A DNA stretch of 64,000 nt from Cypionkella sp. (GCA_046590425.1 JBKJTI010000316.1:4618-68617); one strand, 5' to 3'; positions 40,753-51,391 are shown, numbered from the stretch's first letter. The notes: generated by a model not told the origin, from the sequence alone. Numbers and translations are program-made.

Positions 40753-40774
40753 CCCATAGAACTTATCTAAAATT

Positions 40775-40862
40775 GTCATCCTCTGTGCTCAAATATCCTC
40801 GGGGTGCGCAGAAGTTTGCTACGAAGTAGCGAAGAAACTTCGTAGCGGCGGGGCGAGCCCCC
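40775..40862. repeat. AAATATCC-family repeat with internal palindromic insert
   Basis: 24-bp identity to 2452-2475; GCTACGAAG...CTTCGTAGC insert; GGGGCGAGCCCC hairpin. Confidence 0.75.
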
Positions 40863-40914
40863 AATGCACGGCATCACCCTTCCCTTCCCGCAAGATCCGC
40901 GCCACAACCCGCAT

Positions 40915-41994
40915 ATGATCAAACGCCCGCTCTGGCTCGCTGCCGCCCCCGTGATCTTCCTGTTGCTGTGGTCGGCGGGCTTTGGCATCGCCAAACTCGG
41001 CCTGCAACATGCCGAACCGCTCACCCTGCTGGCGCTGCGCTACAGCTGCGTTCTCGCCCTGCTGCTGCCGCTCGCGCTGATCATCCGACCGCCGCTGCCG
41101 AAAACCATACGCGCCTGGGCCGACATCGCCATCACCGGCTTTCTGATTCAGGTGGTCTATTTCGGCCTCTGCTACATCGCCTTCAAAGCCGGAGTCTCGG
41201 CTGGTGGCGTGGCGATCATCGTCTGCCTGCAACCGATCCTCGTCGCCCTCGCAGCACCCTACACCGTGGGTGAGGCCACTTCTCGCCTCGGCTGGATCGG
41301 CCTCGCGCTTGGTCTCGCAGGCGCGGCCCTGGCCATCCTGTCGCGCTCCAGCCTACAGGCCGAAAACCCGTCGGGCATCCTGCTGACCTTCGGCGCACTG
41401 CTGGGCATCACCGGCGGCACGCTCTATGAAAAACGCTTCGGGGTCAGCCAGCACCCCATCACCGCCAACCTGATCCAATACGCTACCGGAGCCGCCTTCA
41501 CCCTGCCCGCCGCCTATCTCACTGAAGGCATGGCGGTAGAGTGGTCACCCGAGTTCCTGTTGATCCTCGGTTACTTGGTGATCGGCAATTCCATCCTGGC
41601 GATCAGCCTGCTGCTCGCGATGATCCGCGTCGGAGAAGTCGCCCGAGTCTCCGCCCTGTTCTACCTCGTGCCCGCGCTCTCGGCCCTGTTCGCTTGGCCG
41701 CTGCTGGGTGAGGCGATGCCGCCCCTCGCATGGGCAGGCATGGCGCTGGCAGGCTTGGGCGTGGCTTTGGTCAGCAAGAAACCTGGGGTCAGCAAGAAAC
41801 CTGGGGTCAGCAAAAAAACCGGGGTCAGAAAAAAACTCGGGTCAGAAAAAAACCCGCCACAAAACCCTGATCACCAGCCGCCCGGATTGCCCGATTTGAT
41901 TGTGCCATGGCCTTCTTCGCCGGCTTCGCTCATCCAGACCACCTGCGCGCCTGCAATCGCAACCGACCAGCACACTTCCGGGTCTTGGCCATAG
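40915..41994 (+). CDS. DMT/EamA transporter with a repeat-derived C-terminal extension
   Basis: LWSAGF..AK, QPIL, GTLYEKRF, SALFYLVP; the 3' end is uncertain. Confidence 0.85.
   Translation: MIKRPLWLAAAPVIFLLLWSAGFGIAKLGLQHAEPLTLLALRYSCVLALLLPLALIIRPPLPKTIRAWADIAITGFLIQVVYFGLCYIAFKAGVSAGGVAIIVCLQPILVALAAPYTVGEATSRLGWIGLALGLAGAALAILSRSSLQAENPSGILLTFGALLGITGGTLYEKRFGVSQHPITANLIQYATGAAFTLPAAYLTEGMAVEWSPEFLLILGYLVIGNSILAISLLLAMIRVGEVARVSALFYLVPALSALFAWPLLGEAMPPLAWAGMALAGLGVALVSKKPGVSKKPGVSKKTGVRKKLGSEKNPPQNPDHQPPGLPDLIVPWPSSPASLIQTTCAPAIATDQHTSGSWP
41769..41856 (+). repeat. 18/17-bp tandem repeat, 5 units
   Basis: GGTCAGCAAGAAACCTGG x2, GGTCAGCAAAAAAACCGG, GGTCAGAAAAAAACTCG, GGTCAGAAAAAAACCCG. 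Confidence 0.9.
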
Positions 41995-42218
41995 GTGAAA
42001 CACATCTTGTCGCCCTTCACCGACCAAGCGCCCGCGTAATCCGCCGCGCGCAGGCTGCCATCGGGGGCGTAAAACTCGGCATACGCGCCCGAAGCCGCCA
42101 TGCTTCCCGTCACGGTATTACCAACGAGTGCGGCACGGATGGCATCGCCCGTCGCCAGATCGGCCGCCGCAGCCGGCGCGGCCATCAGCATCAGCATCAG
42201 CGGCAGAATATAGCGCAC
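41871..42218 (-). CDS. Secreted hypothetical protein
   Basis: GAGGAGG RBS; signal peptide; LVGNTV.G, EFYAPDG, G.W...GDKMCF.Y. Confidence 0.8.
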   Translation of the reverse strand: MRYILPLMLMLMAAPAAAADLATGDAIRAALVGNTVTGSMAASGAYAEFYAPDGSLRAADYAGAWSVKGDKMCFTYGQDPEVCWSVAIAGAQVVWMSEAGEEGHGTIKSGNPGGW

Positions 42219-42286
42219 GGGGTCCTCCTCGGTTCACCGCCAGAGTTACCCCTTAGCCCCCGAAGGTCAAGCCGCTTCACGCGCCC

Positions 42287-42988
42287 TCAGATCGCAGGCA
42301 GCGCCAGCCCCAACTTCGCCGCCAACCGCTCCAACGCTGCGCGTGCCTGCATCCAATCCGCTGATCTGCTGGCAAACAGCACCGCCTGACTTCGCAAAAT
42401 CACGCTATCCGACAGGATTTTCAAATGGTTCGCCCGCAGCGTTTCGCCCGAGGATGTAATGTCGGCAATCGCCTCGGCAGTCAGGTTTTTCACCGTGCCT
42501 TCCGTCGCGCCCTGACTGTCCACCAGTTGATAATCCGCAACACCCTGCGCCGTCAGAAACTCGCGCACCAGCCGATGATATTTCGTGGCAATCCGCAAAC
42601 GGAAGCCATGCGCCGCCCGAAACGCCGCCGCCGCCGCGTCCAGATCATCCACCGTATCGACATCAATCCAACAGCTTGGCACTGCAATGATCAGATCGGC
42701 ATGGCCAAAGCCCAGAGGGCTAAGTTCCGCCACCTGCACATCCCAATCCGCCAACTTGTCGCGCACCAAATCCGACCCAGTGACACCCAAATGAATCCGC
42801 CCCGCCGCCAATTCACGCGGAATTTCCCCCGCCGACAGCATCACCAACTCCACCCCGTCAATACCCTCGACAGCGCCGGAATACTCCCGCTCCGCCCCGG
42901 TTTGCCGCATCGTGACGCCACGGCTGCCAAACCATTCAAAGGTCTTTTCCATCAAGCGGCCCTTCGAGGGCACCCCGATCTTCAACAT
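42287..42988 (-). CDS. hisG: ATP phosphoribosyltransferase, short form
   Basis: PSKGRL, IATKY, GATE, IADITSSGETLRANHL. Confidence 0.96.
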   Translation of the reverse strand: MLKIGVPSKGRLMEKTFEWFGSRGVTMRQTGAEREYSGAVEGIDGVELVMLSAGEIPRELAAGRIHLGVTGSDLVRDKLADWDVQVAELSPLGFGHADLIIAVPSCWIDVDTVDDLDAAAAAFRAAHGFRLRIATKYHRLVREFLTAQGVADYQLVDSQGATEGTVKNLTAEAIADITSSGETLRANHLKILSDSVILRSQAVLFASRSADWMQARAALERLAAKLGLALPAI

Positions 42989-44103
42989 CAGACAGCCCCC
43001 CGCAATGCCGCGACAAGGTGAGGCCGAATGATCCCGCCCACCGCCGGAATAGACCGCCCCGCCCCCAACACCGCCGTCAGCGCATCATAGCGCCCGCCCG
43101 TCGCCACCGCAGGCATCCCCTCGGCATGAAAGCTGAACACAAAGCCGTCGTAATATTCCATCGAGGTCCGCCCAAGGCTCGCCTCAAACGCCAGCGCGTC
43201 CACCGCCACCCCGCGTGCCCGCAACGCCTCCAACCTATGCGCAAACCGATCCACGGCAGGTGCAATCGCGGGCAGCATCGGGGTGATCCCGCGCAAATGC
43301 CCCAAAGCCGCCGCAGCCGGTGCCTGCAACCCCAACAGATCATAGAGCAACGCAGCTTCAGGCGCTTTGATCGGCGCGGCCTGCGCATCCTCAATCAAAG
43401 CCTGCGCCCGCGCCGCAATATCCTCCGGCGCGCGCATCCCAATGAAACTGCCCGCCGCCGCGATCAACTCCTCCGGCGCGCCCGCAGCCAACCGCTTCAG
43501 CAAAGCCACGCGCCCCGCTGACACCGCCGCTCGCCCCGCAAACCGATCCAGCAACGCCCGGAACCGCTTTGGCCGCCAGATATGGCGCAACAAAGCCGCC
43601 CGCCGCCGCTCGGTCGTCTCCAAGCCCCCCACTGCCGCCATCAGGATGCCAATATCGCCGGTGACCGCCCGCAAGCCCAGCCCACTGACCAACCCCGCGA
43701 ACAACGCAAACACCTCCGCATCCGCCGCCTCGGGTGCCGTGCGGTCAAACACCTCAAACCCAACCTGCAAATACTCGCTGGCGCGGTTGCCCAAGTGCTC
43801 CTGCTTGCGAAACACCTCGCCCATGTAGCAATAGCGCGCGGGGTCCGCGCCATCGGCCATATGCGCCTGCACCACCGGCACGGTGAAGTCAGGCCGCAGC
43901 ATCATCTCGCCGCGCAAAGGATCGGTGGTGACATAGGCCCGGGCCCGAATATCCTCGCCATACAAATCCAGCAGAGTCTCCGCCGGCAGCAGCAAATCCG
44001 CCTCAACCGGCACCGCCCCCGCCGCCTGAAACGCCGCAAACAGCCGCGCAGCCTCAGCCCGGATCGCCGCCTTGTTGGCAGGCTGGCTCCCCGACGGACT
44101 CAT
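42988..44103 (-). CDS. hisZ: ATP phosphoribosyltransferase regulatory subunit
   Basis: [24 protein letters not shown]; lies between hisS and hisG. Confidence 0.94.
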   Translation of the reverse strand: MSPSGSQPANKAAIRAEAARLFAAFQAAGAVPVEADLLLPAETLLDLYGEDIRARAYVTTDPLRGEMMLRPDFTVPVVQAHMADGADPARYCYMGEVFRKQEHLGNRASEYLQVGFEVFDRTAPEAADAEVFALFAGLVSGLGLRAVTGDIGILMAAVGGLETTERRRAALLRHIWRPKRFRALLDRFAGRAAVSAGRVALLKRLAAGAPEELIAAAGSFIGMRAPEDIAARAQALIEDAQAAPIKAPEAALLYDLLGLQAPAAAALGHLRGITPMLPAIAPAVDRFAHRLEALRARGVAVDALAFEASLGRTSMEYYDGFVFSFHAEGMPAVATGGRYDALTAVLGAGRSIPAVGGIIRPHLVAALRGAV

Positions 44104-45647
44104 GCCCCCAACATCTTCCGCACCGCCGCCACCAGATCACCGCGCGCAACTTCCACCTGCGCAGGCTGATCCTTCCACTCCTCCAGCGTCGCAGATTGCG
44201 CAATCTTCGCGCCCAAAATCAGATCCTTCAGGATCACAACGCCCTTTTCGGCCTCGTTCCCGCCCTGAATAACCGCAATCGGAGACTGCCGCTTATCCGC
44301 GTATTTCAACTGATTGCCAAACTGCTTCGGGTTGCCGAGATAAACCTCCGCGCGGATACCCGCCTGCCGGAGTTCCCCCACCATCCCCATATAATCCGCC
44401 ATCCGGTCGCGATCCATCACCGTCACCACGACAGGCCCCGCCGTATCAGCGGCCAACCGCCCCTTGGCAGCCAAAGCCGCCAGCAACCGATCCACCCCGA
44501 TAGAAACCCCGGTCGCAGGCACCGCTTGCCCCGTAAAGCGCTTGACCAAATCATCATACCGCCCGCCGCCCGCCACCGAGCCAAAAGACCGCTTGCGGCC
44601 CTTCTCGTCGAGGATTTCAAAGGTCAGTTCGGCCTCATAGACCGGGCCGGTGTAGTAGCCGAGGCCGCGAACGACCGAGGGATCGATGACGATACGATCA
44701 GGACCATAGCCCTGAGCATCGAGAAGTTCTGCCATTTCTTCAAGTTCATCGACGCCCTGCATACCAACATCAGAATAGTCGATCAGCGACCGCAGATTTG
44801 AAATCGTCTCTTTGTTGTTTGCTCCCTTTGCAGACATGAACGACAAGACACGCCTTGCATCGTCAGCGTTCAGTCCAACACCTTCAATTTTTGCGCCGGA
44901 TTGGTCCAACCGCCCAGTAGTGAGCAACTCAAAGACTCCAGACTCTCCAACTTTGTCGAGCTTATCTATTGTTCGAAGTATTGCGTCGGGGTCCGCAAAG
45001 TTCCACGCAGATAGCTTAGTATTCATCATTTCATTGAATTCAGTAGGCGGCGGTGTTTCACCGGGGCGAACGATGAGCATCCCCTCAAGGATGCCGTTCA
45101 AGACTTTTCTATTGTTGACCCTTACCACATAATCGCCACGCGGAATGCCTACGATCTCCAACGCATCCGACAACATCGCGCAAATCTCGGCGTCCGCCGC
45201 TACACTCGCCGACCCCACCGTATCCGCATCGCATTGATAAAACTGCCGGAACCGCCCCGGCCCCGGCTTTTCATTGCGCCACACCGGACCCATCGCAAAC
45301 CGCCGATAGGGCGACGGCAGATCGTTGCGATACTGCGCCGCCACCCGCGCCAAGGGCGCGGTCAGATCATACCGCAAAGCCAGCCAGTCGGCATCCTCGT
45401 CCTGCCAGCCAAACACACCCTCGTTAGGCCGATCCACATCGGGCAGGAACTTGCCCAAAGCCTCAACCGTCTCAACCGCCGAAGTCTCCAGCGGATCAAA
45501 GCCATAGCGATGGTAAACCTCGGCAATCTTGTCCAGCATCGCCTTGCGGGCGGTGACTTCCGCGCCAAAGTAATCGCGGAAGCCCTTCGGGGTTTCCGCG
45601 CGCGGACGACGCGCCGCTTTCGGCGCGGTGGTTTTGTCATTTGCCAT
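44100..45647 (-). CDS. hisS: Histidine--tRNA ligase
   Basis: [36 protein letters not shown]. Confidence 0.98.
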   Translation of the reverse strand: MANDKTTAPKAARRPRAETPKGFRDYFGAEVTARKAMLDKIAEVYHRYGFDPLETSAVETVEALGKFLPDVDRPNEGVFGWQDEDADWLALRYDLTAPLARVAAQYRNDLPSPYRRFAMGPVWRNEKPGPGRFRQFYQCDADTVGSASVAADAEICAMLSDALEIVGIPRGDYVVRVNNRKVLNGILEGMLIVRPGETPPPTEFNEMMNTKLSAWNFADPDAILRTIDKLDKVGESGVFELLTTGRLDQSGAKIEGVGLNADDARRVLSFMSAKGANNKETISNLRSLIDYSDVGMQGVDELEEMAELLDAQGYGPDRIVIDPSVVRGLGYYTGPVYEAELTFEILDEKGRKRSFGSVAGGGRYDDLVKRFTGQAVPATGVSIGVDRLLAALAAKGRLAADTAGPVVVTVMDRDRMADYMGMVGELRQAGIRAEVYLGNPKQFGNQLKYADKRQSPIAVIQGGNEAEKGVVILKDLILGAKIAQSATLEEWKDQPAQVEVARGDLVAAVRKMLGA

Positions 45648-45718
45648 AACTTACAGCCTTCGCTTTTTCTCGCGCTCCGTGTAACGGATGGGGGTGCGCA
45701 CAGCAAGCGGGGCAAGGC

Positions 45719-45913
45719 ATGGACAACACGGCACTCGAAGAACGCATCGCCCATCTGACCCGCATGGTCGAAGACCTGTCGGATGTGGTCGCGCGTCAGT
45801 CGAAAGACCTAGACCGCCTGCTGCGCCTGACGCAACTTTTGGCGGAACGTGAGGCCGAGCGTGAAGGCAACGGCCAAGTGCCCGAAGCCAACGTGCGCCC
45901 ACCGCATTGGTGA
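45719..45913 (+). CDS. slyX: SlyX family protein
   Basis: LEERIAH..EDLSDVVARQ; C-terminal RPPHW. Confidence 0.88.
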   Translation: MDNTALEERIAHLTRMVEDLSDVVARQSKDLDRLLRLTQLLAEREAEREGNGQVPEANVRPPHW

Positions 45914-46675
45914 TTACATGTTGGCCAATCGGTAAACCGCCACGCCCAGCGCAAACAGCCCAACAGCAATCGTCAAAGGCCTGCGCGGGGCCATTTTCGC
46001 CAGATAACCGCCGAAAAACGCCGCAGGCAGGCCACCCAAGGCCAGCCCAAACACCGTCATCCGCACTTGGCTCCAGTCGGTTTCCTCACCCCACCAGCCG
46101 AAATAATACGCCACGCCCAGCGCGGTAAACACCACGAAACTGACGATAAATTCCGAGAAATTCGTCGAGCCAATCGCATAGCGCGACTGAACCCCCGAGC
46201 CGAGCAGCCCGGTGTTCACAATCGGCCCCCACGACCCCCCAATGCCCTCAATCAACCCGCCCGCAAAGCCAATCGCCTGAAACCGCCGGGTTTTCACCAC
46301 TTTGATCGCGATGCCATAGATCCCGCGGTAGACGATGTAGCTGCCCATCAACAGCAGATAACCGTTGACCAGATATTGCAGCGCATGGCCCTTCAGACCC
46401 GACAACAGCGTAGCCCCCAATATCCCACCAATCGAGCCGAACACTGCCAGCGCGCCGACAATCCGCCAATCAATATTGCGATGAAACAGGTTCGACAGCG
46501 CTGCCGTGCCCCCGGTGGGCAGCTTGGCCGCATTGACCGAGGCCGAAACCAAGGGCGGCGGCACGCCCTGCGCCAGCAGCACAGCCGAGGAAATCACCCC
46601 AAAACCCATACCCAGAGATCCATCGACAAGTTGCGCGATAAATCCGATGAGCATGTAGTCCCAGATACTGTCCAT
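45914..46675 (-). CDS. TauE/SafE (DUF81) family membrane protein
   Basis: AQLVDGSLGMGFG, GGSWGP, AIGSTN. Confidence 0.88.
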   Translation of the reverse strand: MDSIWDYMLIGFIAQLVDGSLGMGFGVISSAVLLAQGVPPPLVSASVNAAKLPTGGTAALSNLFHRNIDWRIVGALAVFGSIGGILGATLLSGLKGHALQYLVNGYLLLMGSYIVYRGIYGIAIKVVKTRRFQAIGFAGGLIEGIGGSWGPIVNTGLLGSGVQSRYAIGSTNFSEFIVSFVVFTALGVAYYFGWWGEETDWSQVRMTVFGLALGGLPAAFFGGYLAKMAPRRPLTIAVGLFALGVAVYRLANM

Positions 46676-46880
46676 GCTGATTCCGCCCTCAATTACGACA
46701 ATTCCCGTAGATATTTACTGATTTGGCCCAGCAAACAACTAATTTCTTCTCTTTCGCAGGATTTCGGCACATATTCGACCCTTTCGCTCACAAAACCGTC
46801 ATCATCGGCAAGGTTTCGCACAACTTAAAGTATAACCGTCGCGTTGCACCGGTCGAGATCAAACCGCCAAACCCTTCACA

Positions 46881-46959
46881 AAGCCGCCCCGAACTTGATC
46901 CGGGGCCCCATGGCTAGCCGCGCGGTGCAGGAGGCCCCGGATCAAGTCCGGGGCGGCTT
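46881..46959. repeat. REP-like double palindrome, copy 2
   Basis: 27-bp inverted arms with one mismatch; nearly identical to 17014-17078. Confidence 0.9.
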
Positions 46960-46990
46960 GGGGGATGAACCTGGCGCATAGACGACAGGC

Positions 46991-49900
46991 CTAGACTTCC
47001 TCGACCATCACCACACCCTGCATCGCCTTGATCGCGCCCTTGATCTGCGCCGTCACCGGATAGCTTTGCGGCAGGGTCAGATCAATCTCGCGGCCCTGAT
47101 CATCCGGCACACAAAGCGTGATCTGCGCCTTATTGCGGCCCTCCACCTTCGCCAGCAGCATCGCAATCGACACCGCCGCCTCGGCCCGATTCAAGTGAAT
47201 CCGCAACGCCTGCGCGCCCGCCGCATCCGCCACTTGATCAATCGGCTGCACCGCATTGGCCAGCAGTTTCAGCGTCTCGCCTTCAAGCTCCGCCTTCACC
47301 GTCAGCACCACGTTCATGCCCGGTTCCAACAGATCGCGCGCAGCTTCCAGCGTGTCGGAAAACACCGTCACCTCATAAAGCCCGGTTGGGTCCGACAGCG
47401 ACACGAAAGCAAAGCGGTTGCCCTTGGCCGATTTACGCTCCTGCTTGCTGGCCACCGAGCCCGCAATCTTGGCAATGCACATCCCCCGCTCGGCTTTCTG
47501 CGTCACTTCCGTCAGCGTCAACACATCCCGCCGTTTCAACGCCGACATGTAGTCGTCGAGCGGATGCCCCGACAGATAGAACCCAATCGCCAGATGTTCC
47601 TGCGTCAACCGCTCCACCGGTAGCCAATCGTCGCGATAGGCCAAACGCGGCTCAGGAATATCCGCCCCCGCCTCGCCGAACAAACTCACCTGATTGGACG
47701 ATTTCGCCTCATGGATCGCCGCCGAATAAGCCACCAGCGCATCCAACGCCTCAAACACCCGCGCGCGGTTGCCATCCAGCACGTCAAATGCGCCCGCCCG
47801 CGCCAGCATCTCCAACGGCCGCTTGCCGACCCGTTTCATATCCACGCGGCGCGCGAAATCGAACAGAGTCGCGAATGGCTTTGCGCCCCGCGCCGTCACG
47901 ATCAACCCCATCGCCTCCGCGCCCACGCCCTTCAACGCGCCCAACGCATAAACCACAGCGCCATCCCGCACCGAGAACGTCGCCAAAGACGCGTTCACAC
48001 AGGGCGCAATCGTCTTGATGCCCAGCTTGCCGACTTCGCGCTTATAGACCGCCAGCTTGTCGGTCAGATGAATATCGCAATTCATCACCCCGGCCATGAA
48101 TTCGACCGGGTGGTTCGCCTTCAGATACGCCGTCTGATAACTGACCACCGCATAAGCCGCCGCATGCGATTTGTTAAAGCCGTAGTTGGCGAACTTCTCC
48201 AGAAGATCGAACACCTCTCCGGCTTTTTTCACATCGACGTTATGGGTCTTCTTCGCACCTTCAACGAATTTGGGCCGTTCCTTCGCCATCTCCTCGGCGA
48301 TCTTTTTACCCATAGCCCGCCGCAACAGGTCAGCGCCGCCCAACGAATACCCCGCCATCACCTGAGCGATTTGCATAACCTGCTCTTGGTAAACGATAAT
48401 CCCTTGGGTTTCCGCAAGAATATGGTCAATCGTCGGATGGATAGACTCCAGATCCTTCAGCCCGTTCTTCACCTCGCAATAGGTCGGAATATTCTCCATC
48501 GGGCCAGGCCGATACAGCGCAACCAAGGCCACGATATCCTAGATGCAGGTCGGCTTCATCCGCCGTAAAGCATCCATCATGCCGCTGGATTCCACCTGAA
48601 ACACCGCGACCGTTTTCGCCGCCGCATACAGCTCATACGAGGCCTTATCGTCCAGCGGGATCAGCGAGATATCAATATCCACCCCGCGCAGCCGCAACAA
48701 ATCCAGCGCATTCTGGATCACCGTCAGCGTTTTCAGCCCGAGAAAGTCGAACTTCACCAAACCGGCTTGTTCAACCCATTTCATATTGAACTGCGTCGCA
48801 GGCATGTCAGACTTGGGGTCTTGATACAGCGGCACCAACTCATCCAGAGGCCGATCGCCAATCACCACCCCGGCGGCATGGGTCGAGGCGTTGCGATACA
48901 ACCCCTCAATCTGCGCGCCGTAATTCAACAGCCGCGCCACCACCTCCTCTTTCGCCGCTTCCCGCAGCCGAGGCTCATCCGCCAACGCCTTGGTAATGCT
49001 GACGGGTTTCACCCCCTCCACCGGGATCATCTTCGACAGCCGATCCACCTGCCCATAAGACATCTGCAAGACGCGCCCCACGTCGCGCACCGCAGCCTTA
49101 GACAGCAAAGCGCCGAAGGTGATGATCTGCCCCACCTTGTCGCGGCCATACTTCTGCTGAACGTATTGAATGACCTCGCCCCGGCGATCCATGCAGAAGT
49201 CGATATCAAAGTCGGGCATGCTGACCCGTTCCGGATTCAAGAACCGCTCAAACAGCAAGGCATAGCGCAAAGGATCCAGATCGGTGATCGTCAGCGCATA
49301 GGCCACCAAAGATCCGGCGCCCGAGCCCCGCCCCGGCCCCACCGGAATCCCCTTTTTCTTCGCCCAACCGATAAAATCCGCCACGATCAGGAAATAGCCC
49401 GGAAACCCCATCCGCTCGATGATGCCCAGCTCAAAATCCAACCGGGCCTGATACTCCTCTACCGTCACTGCATGCGGAATAATGGCCAGCCGAGCCTGCA
49501 AGCCCTCGTTGGCCTGCCGCCTTAGCTCATTGACCTCATCATCAGCAAACTTCGGCAGGATCGGCGCCCGCTTGAACGCCGCAAACGCACAGCGCTTTGC
49601 TATCTCCACGGTATTCTCCACCGCTTCAGGCAGATCGGCGAACAGCGTCACCATCTCGGCCTCGGTCTTGAAATAATGCTGTGGCGTCAACCGCCTGCGA
49701 GGCTGCTGCTGATCCACATAAGCCCCCTCGGCAATGCAGATCAGCGCATCATGCGCCTCATACATCGTCGCGGCGGGGAAGTAGACATCATTGGTCGCCA
49801 CCAGCGGCAGATCCAACTCATAAGCCGTCTCAATAAACCACCGCTCGGTGCCCGCCTCTGCGTCCGTCAGCCGCCCGCCCTCGCCCGGATGCCGCTGCAA

Positions 49901-50419
49901 CTCCATATACAGCCGCCCCGGATAAGCCAAAGCCAACCGCTCCAACAGCACGCGCGCTTTCGGCAATTGCGCCGTCTGCACCAACCGCCCCAGCGGCCCA
50001 TCCGCCCCCCCGGTCAAACAGATCAACCCATCCGAATAGCGCTCCAACTCCGGCAGCGTCACCTCCGGCAAAGCCCCGCCCTTGTCGATATAAAGACAAG
50101 AGTTCAGCTTCATCAGGTTCATGTACCCGGCTTCATTCTGCGCCAGCAGCACAACCGAGGCCGCAGCCTTCAGCTTCTCGCCCGCCGCCCCCGGATCATA
50201 GGCAACCGAGACTTGACAGCCGATGATCGGCTGCACGCCGGCGTCTTTGGCGTAAACCGAAAACTCCAGTGCCGCGAACATGTTATTGCTATCGGTGACT
50301 GCCACCGCAGGCATCTCATGCTTGCCGCAAAGCTTGATAAGCGCCTTCACAGGCACGGCCCCCTCCAGCAACGAATGTTCGGTATGGGTGCGCAGATGGA
50401 TGAATCGAGGTGCTGACAT
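46991..50419 (-). CDS. dnaE: DNA polymerase III alpha subunit, interrupted by one in-frame TAG at 48539-48541
   Basis: PHP domain, GRGSGAGS, MPDFDIDF, KFDFLGL; reads PTCI*DIVALVALYRPGP, then YGFNKSH and OB fold in the same frame; 1143 codons in total. Confidence 0.95.
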
Positions 50420-50613
50420 GGGGGTAGACTAACGAAGCTGCGGGGCGGGGGGAAGGTCGATGCAAACTAAGGACGTTGCATCTCGCCTGCTCGGAGCAAG
50501 CGTTGGCTGCGAACCTATCAGCCAACGCTTCTTTTGCACAAGCTACCTGCGGTCAAAAATGTCTCTATCACCTTGAACTTGCATAAGAATTCAACGTTGT
50601 TTATCAGTAAGCC

Positions 50614-51060
50614 ATGAAGTTTGAAAAAGGATTGATCGTGATCACAAGAATGGCAGCTGCGCTTTTGCTGGTATCCTCGTCTGTATCCTTTGGTTCGCCC
50701 GCATTAGCAGATCCCGTGCTTGAGCAAGATTTCAGCGTCTATTTGGCTGAAGGCGTTTTGAAGACTCCGTTGTCCATCAAAAGTGCAGGCTTTGCCCGGA
50801 CGCTCTCCGAGAAAGAGTGCAGCTATCAAGCCGAACTCGCTGATTTATCCCTAGATGCTGTTTCTGCGGGCATGACATTAGAAGGAATCAAGGCATCCAA
50901 TCAAGCAGCTGGCGAGCCGATCATGTTGGAAGATTTCATTGCAAGGCAGGAGGATTTCAAATCGTCTGGTGTATCTGCCAACGTCAGGGCGCGAATTGTT
51001 CTCGAAGTTCACAAGGCGTGTATTGTTGCTGCCGAGGCATGGATCGCATCCATTGAATGA
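50614..51060 (+). CDS. Secreted hypothetical protein (orphan, low GC)
   Basis: 148-aa ORF; signal peptide ending ALA; two Cys. Confidence 0.6.
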   Translation: MKFEKGLIVITRMAAALLLVSSSVSFGSPALADPVLEQDFSVYLAEGVLKTPLSIKSAGFARTLSEKECSYQAELADLSLDAVSAGMTLEGIKASNQAAGEPIMLEDFIARQEDFKSSGVSANVRARIVLEVHKACIVAAEAWIASIE

Positions 51061-51092
51061 ACATTACACCGCCAATCAGGAAGTAAGGCGTG

Positions 51093-51198
51093 GGTGGGTT
51101 TCCAACCCACCATCCATCCCCAACCGTTAACAAATCCTAAATTCCACCACCCCAACCCATTGATTCAAAACATCTAAAAAAGGTCCCGAGTTGGGACC
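51093..51198. repeat. REP-like hairpin plus CtrA-like / IHF / hairpin module, copy C
   Basis: GGTGGGTT-TCC-AACCCACC; GTTAA-N7-TAAA at 51126; CAACCCATTGATT at 51153; 22 bp identical to copy B. Confidence 0.7.
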
Positions 51199-51391
51199 AC
51201 GCCCTCTCCGCCCCCCTAACCCCCAACTTTCCCGCAAGAATCCAGAAACTCCTTTCGCCAAACCCATCAATCTATCGCTTGCACAACACCCCCGTCCAAG
51301 GCTTCATAGACCAAACGGCAGCACCCCCGCTTTACGCCGCATCGGGCGGGCGCGCGACTTGGCCAACGAAAAGACCGCGGCAGGATGAACC

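Noticed and set aside
45648-45718. His leader peptide upstream of hisS-hisZ-hisG
   Set aside because: Only 71 bp between divergent genes and no His-codon-rich uORF
48539-48541. Genome-wide TAG reassignment or split intein
   Set aside because: TAG ends several conserved genes at their normal positions, only one internal TAG was seen, and there is no intein sequence
51290-51391. Purine or xanthine riboswitch upstream of xdhA
   Set aside because: No match to a riboswitch consensus that I can recognise; needs an Rfam scan
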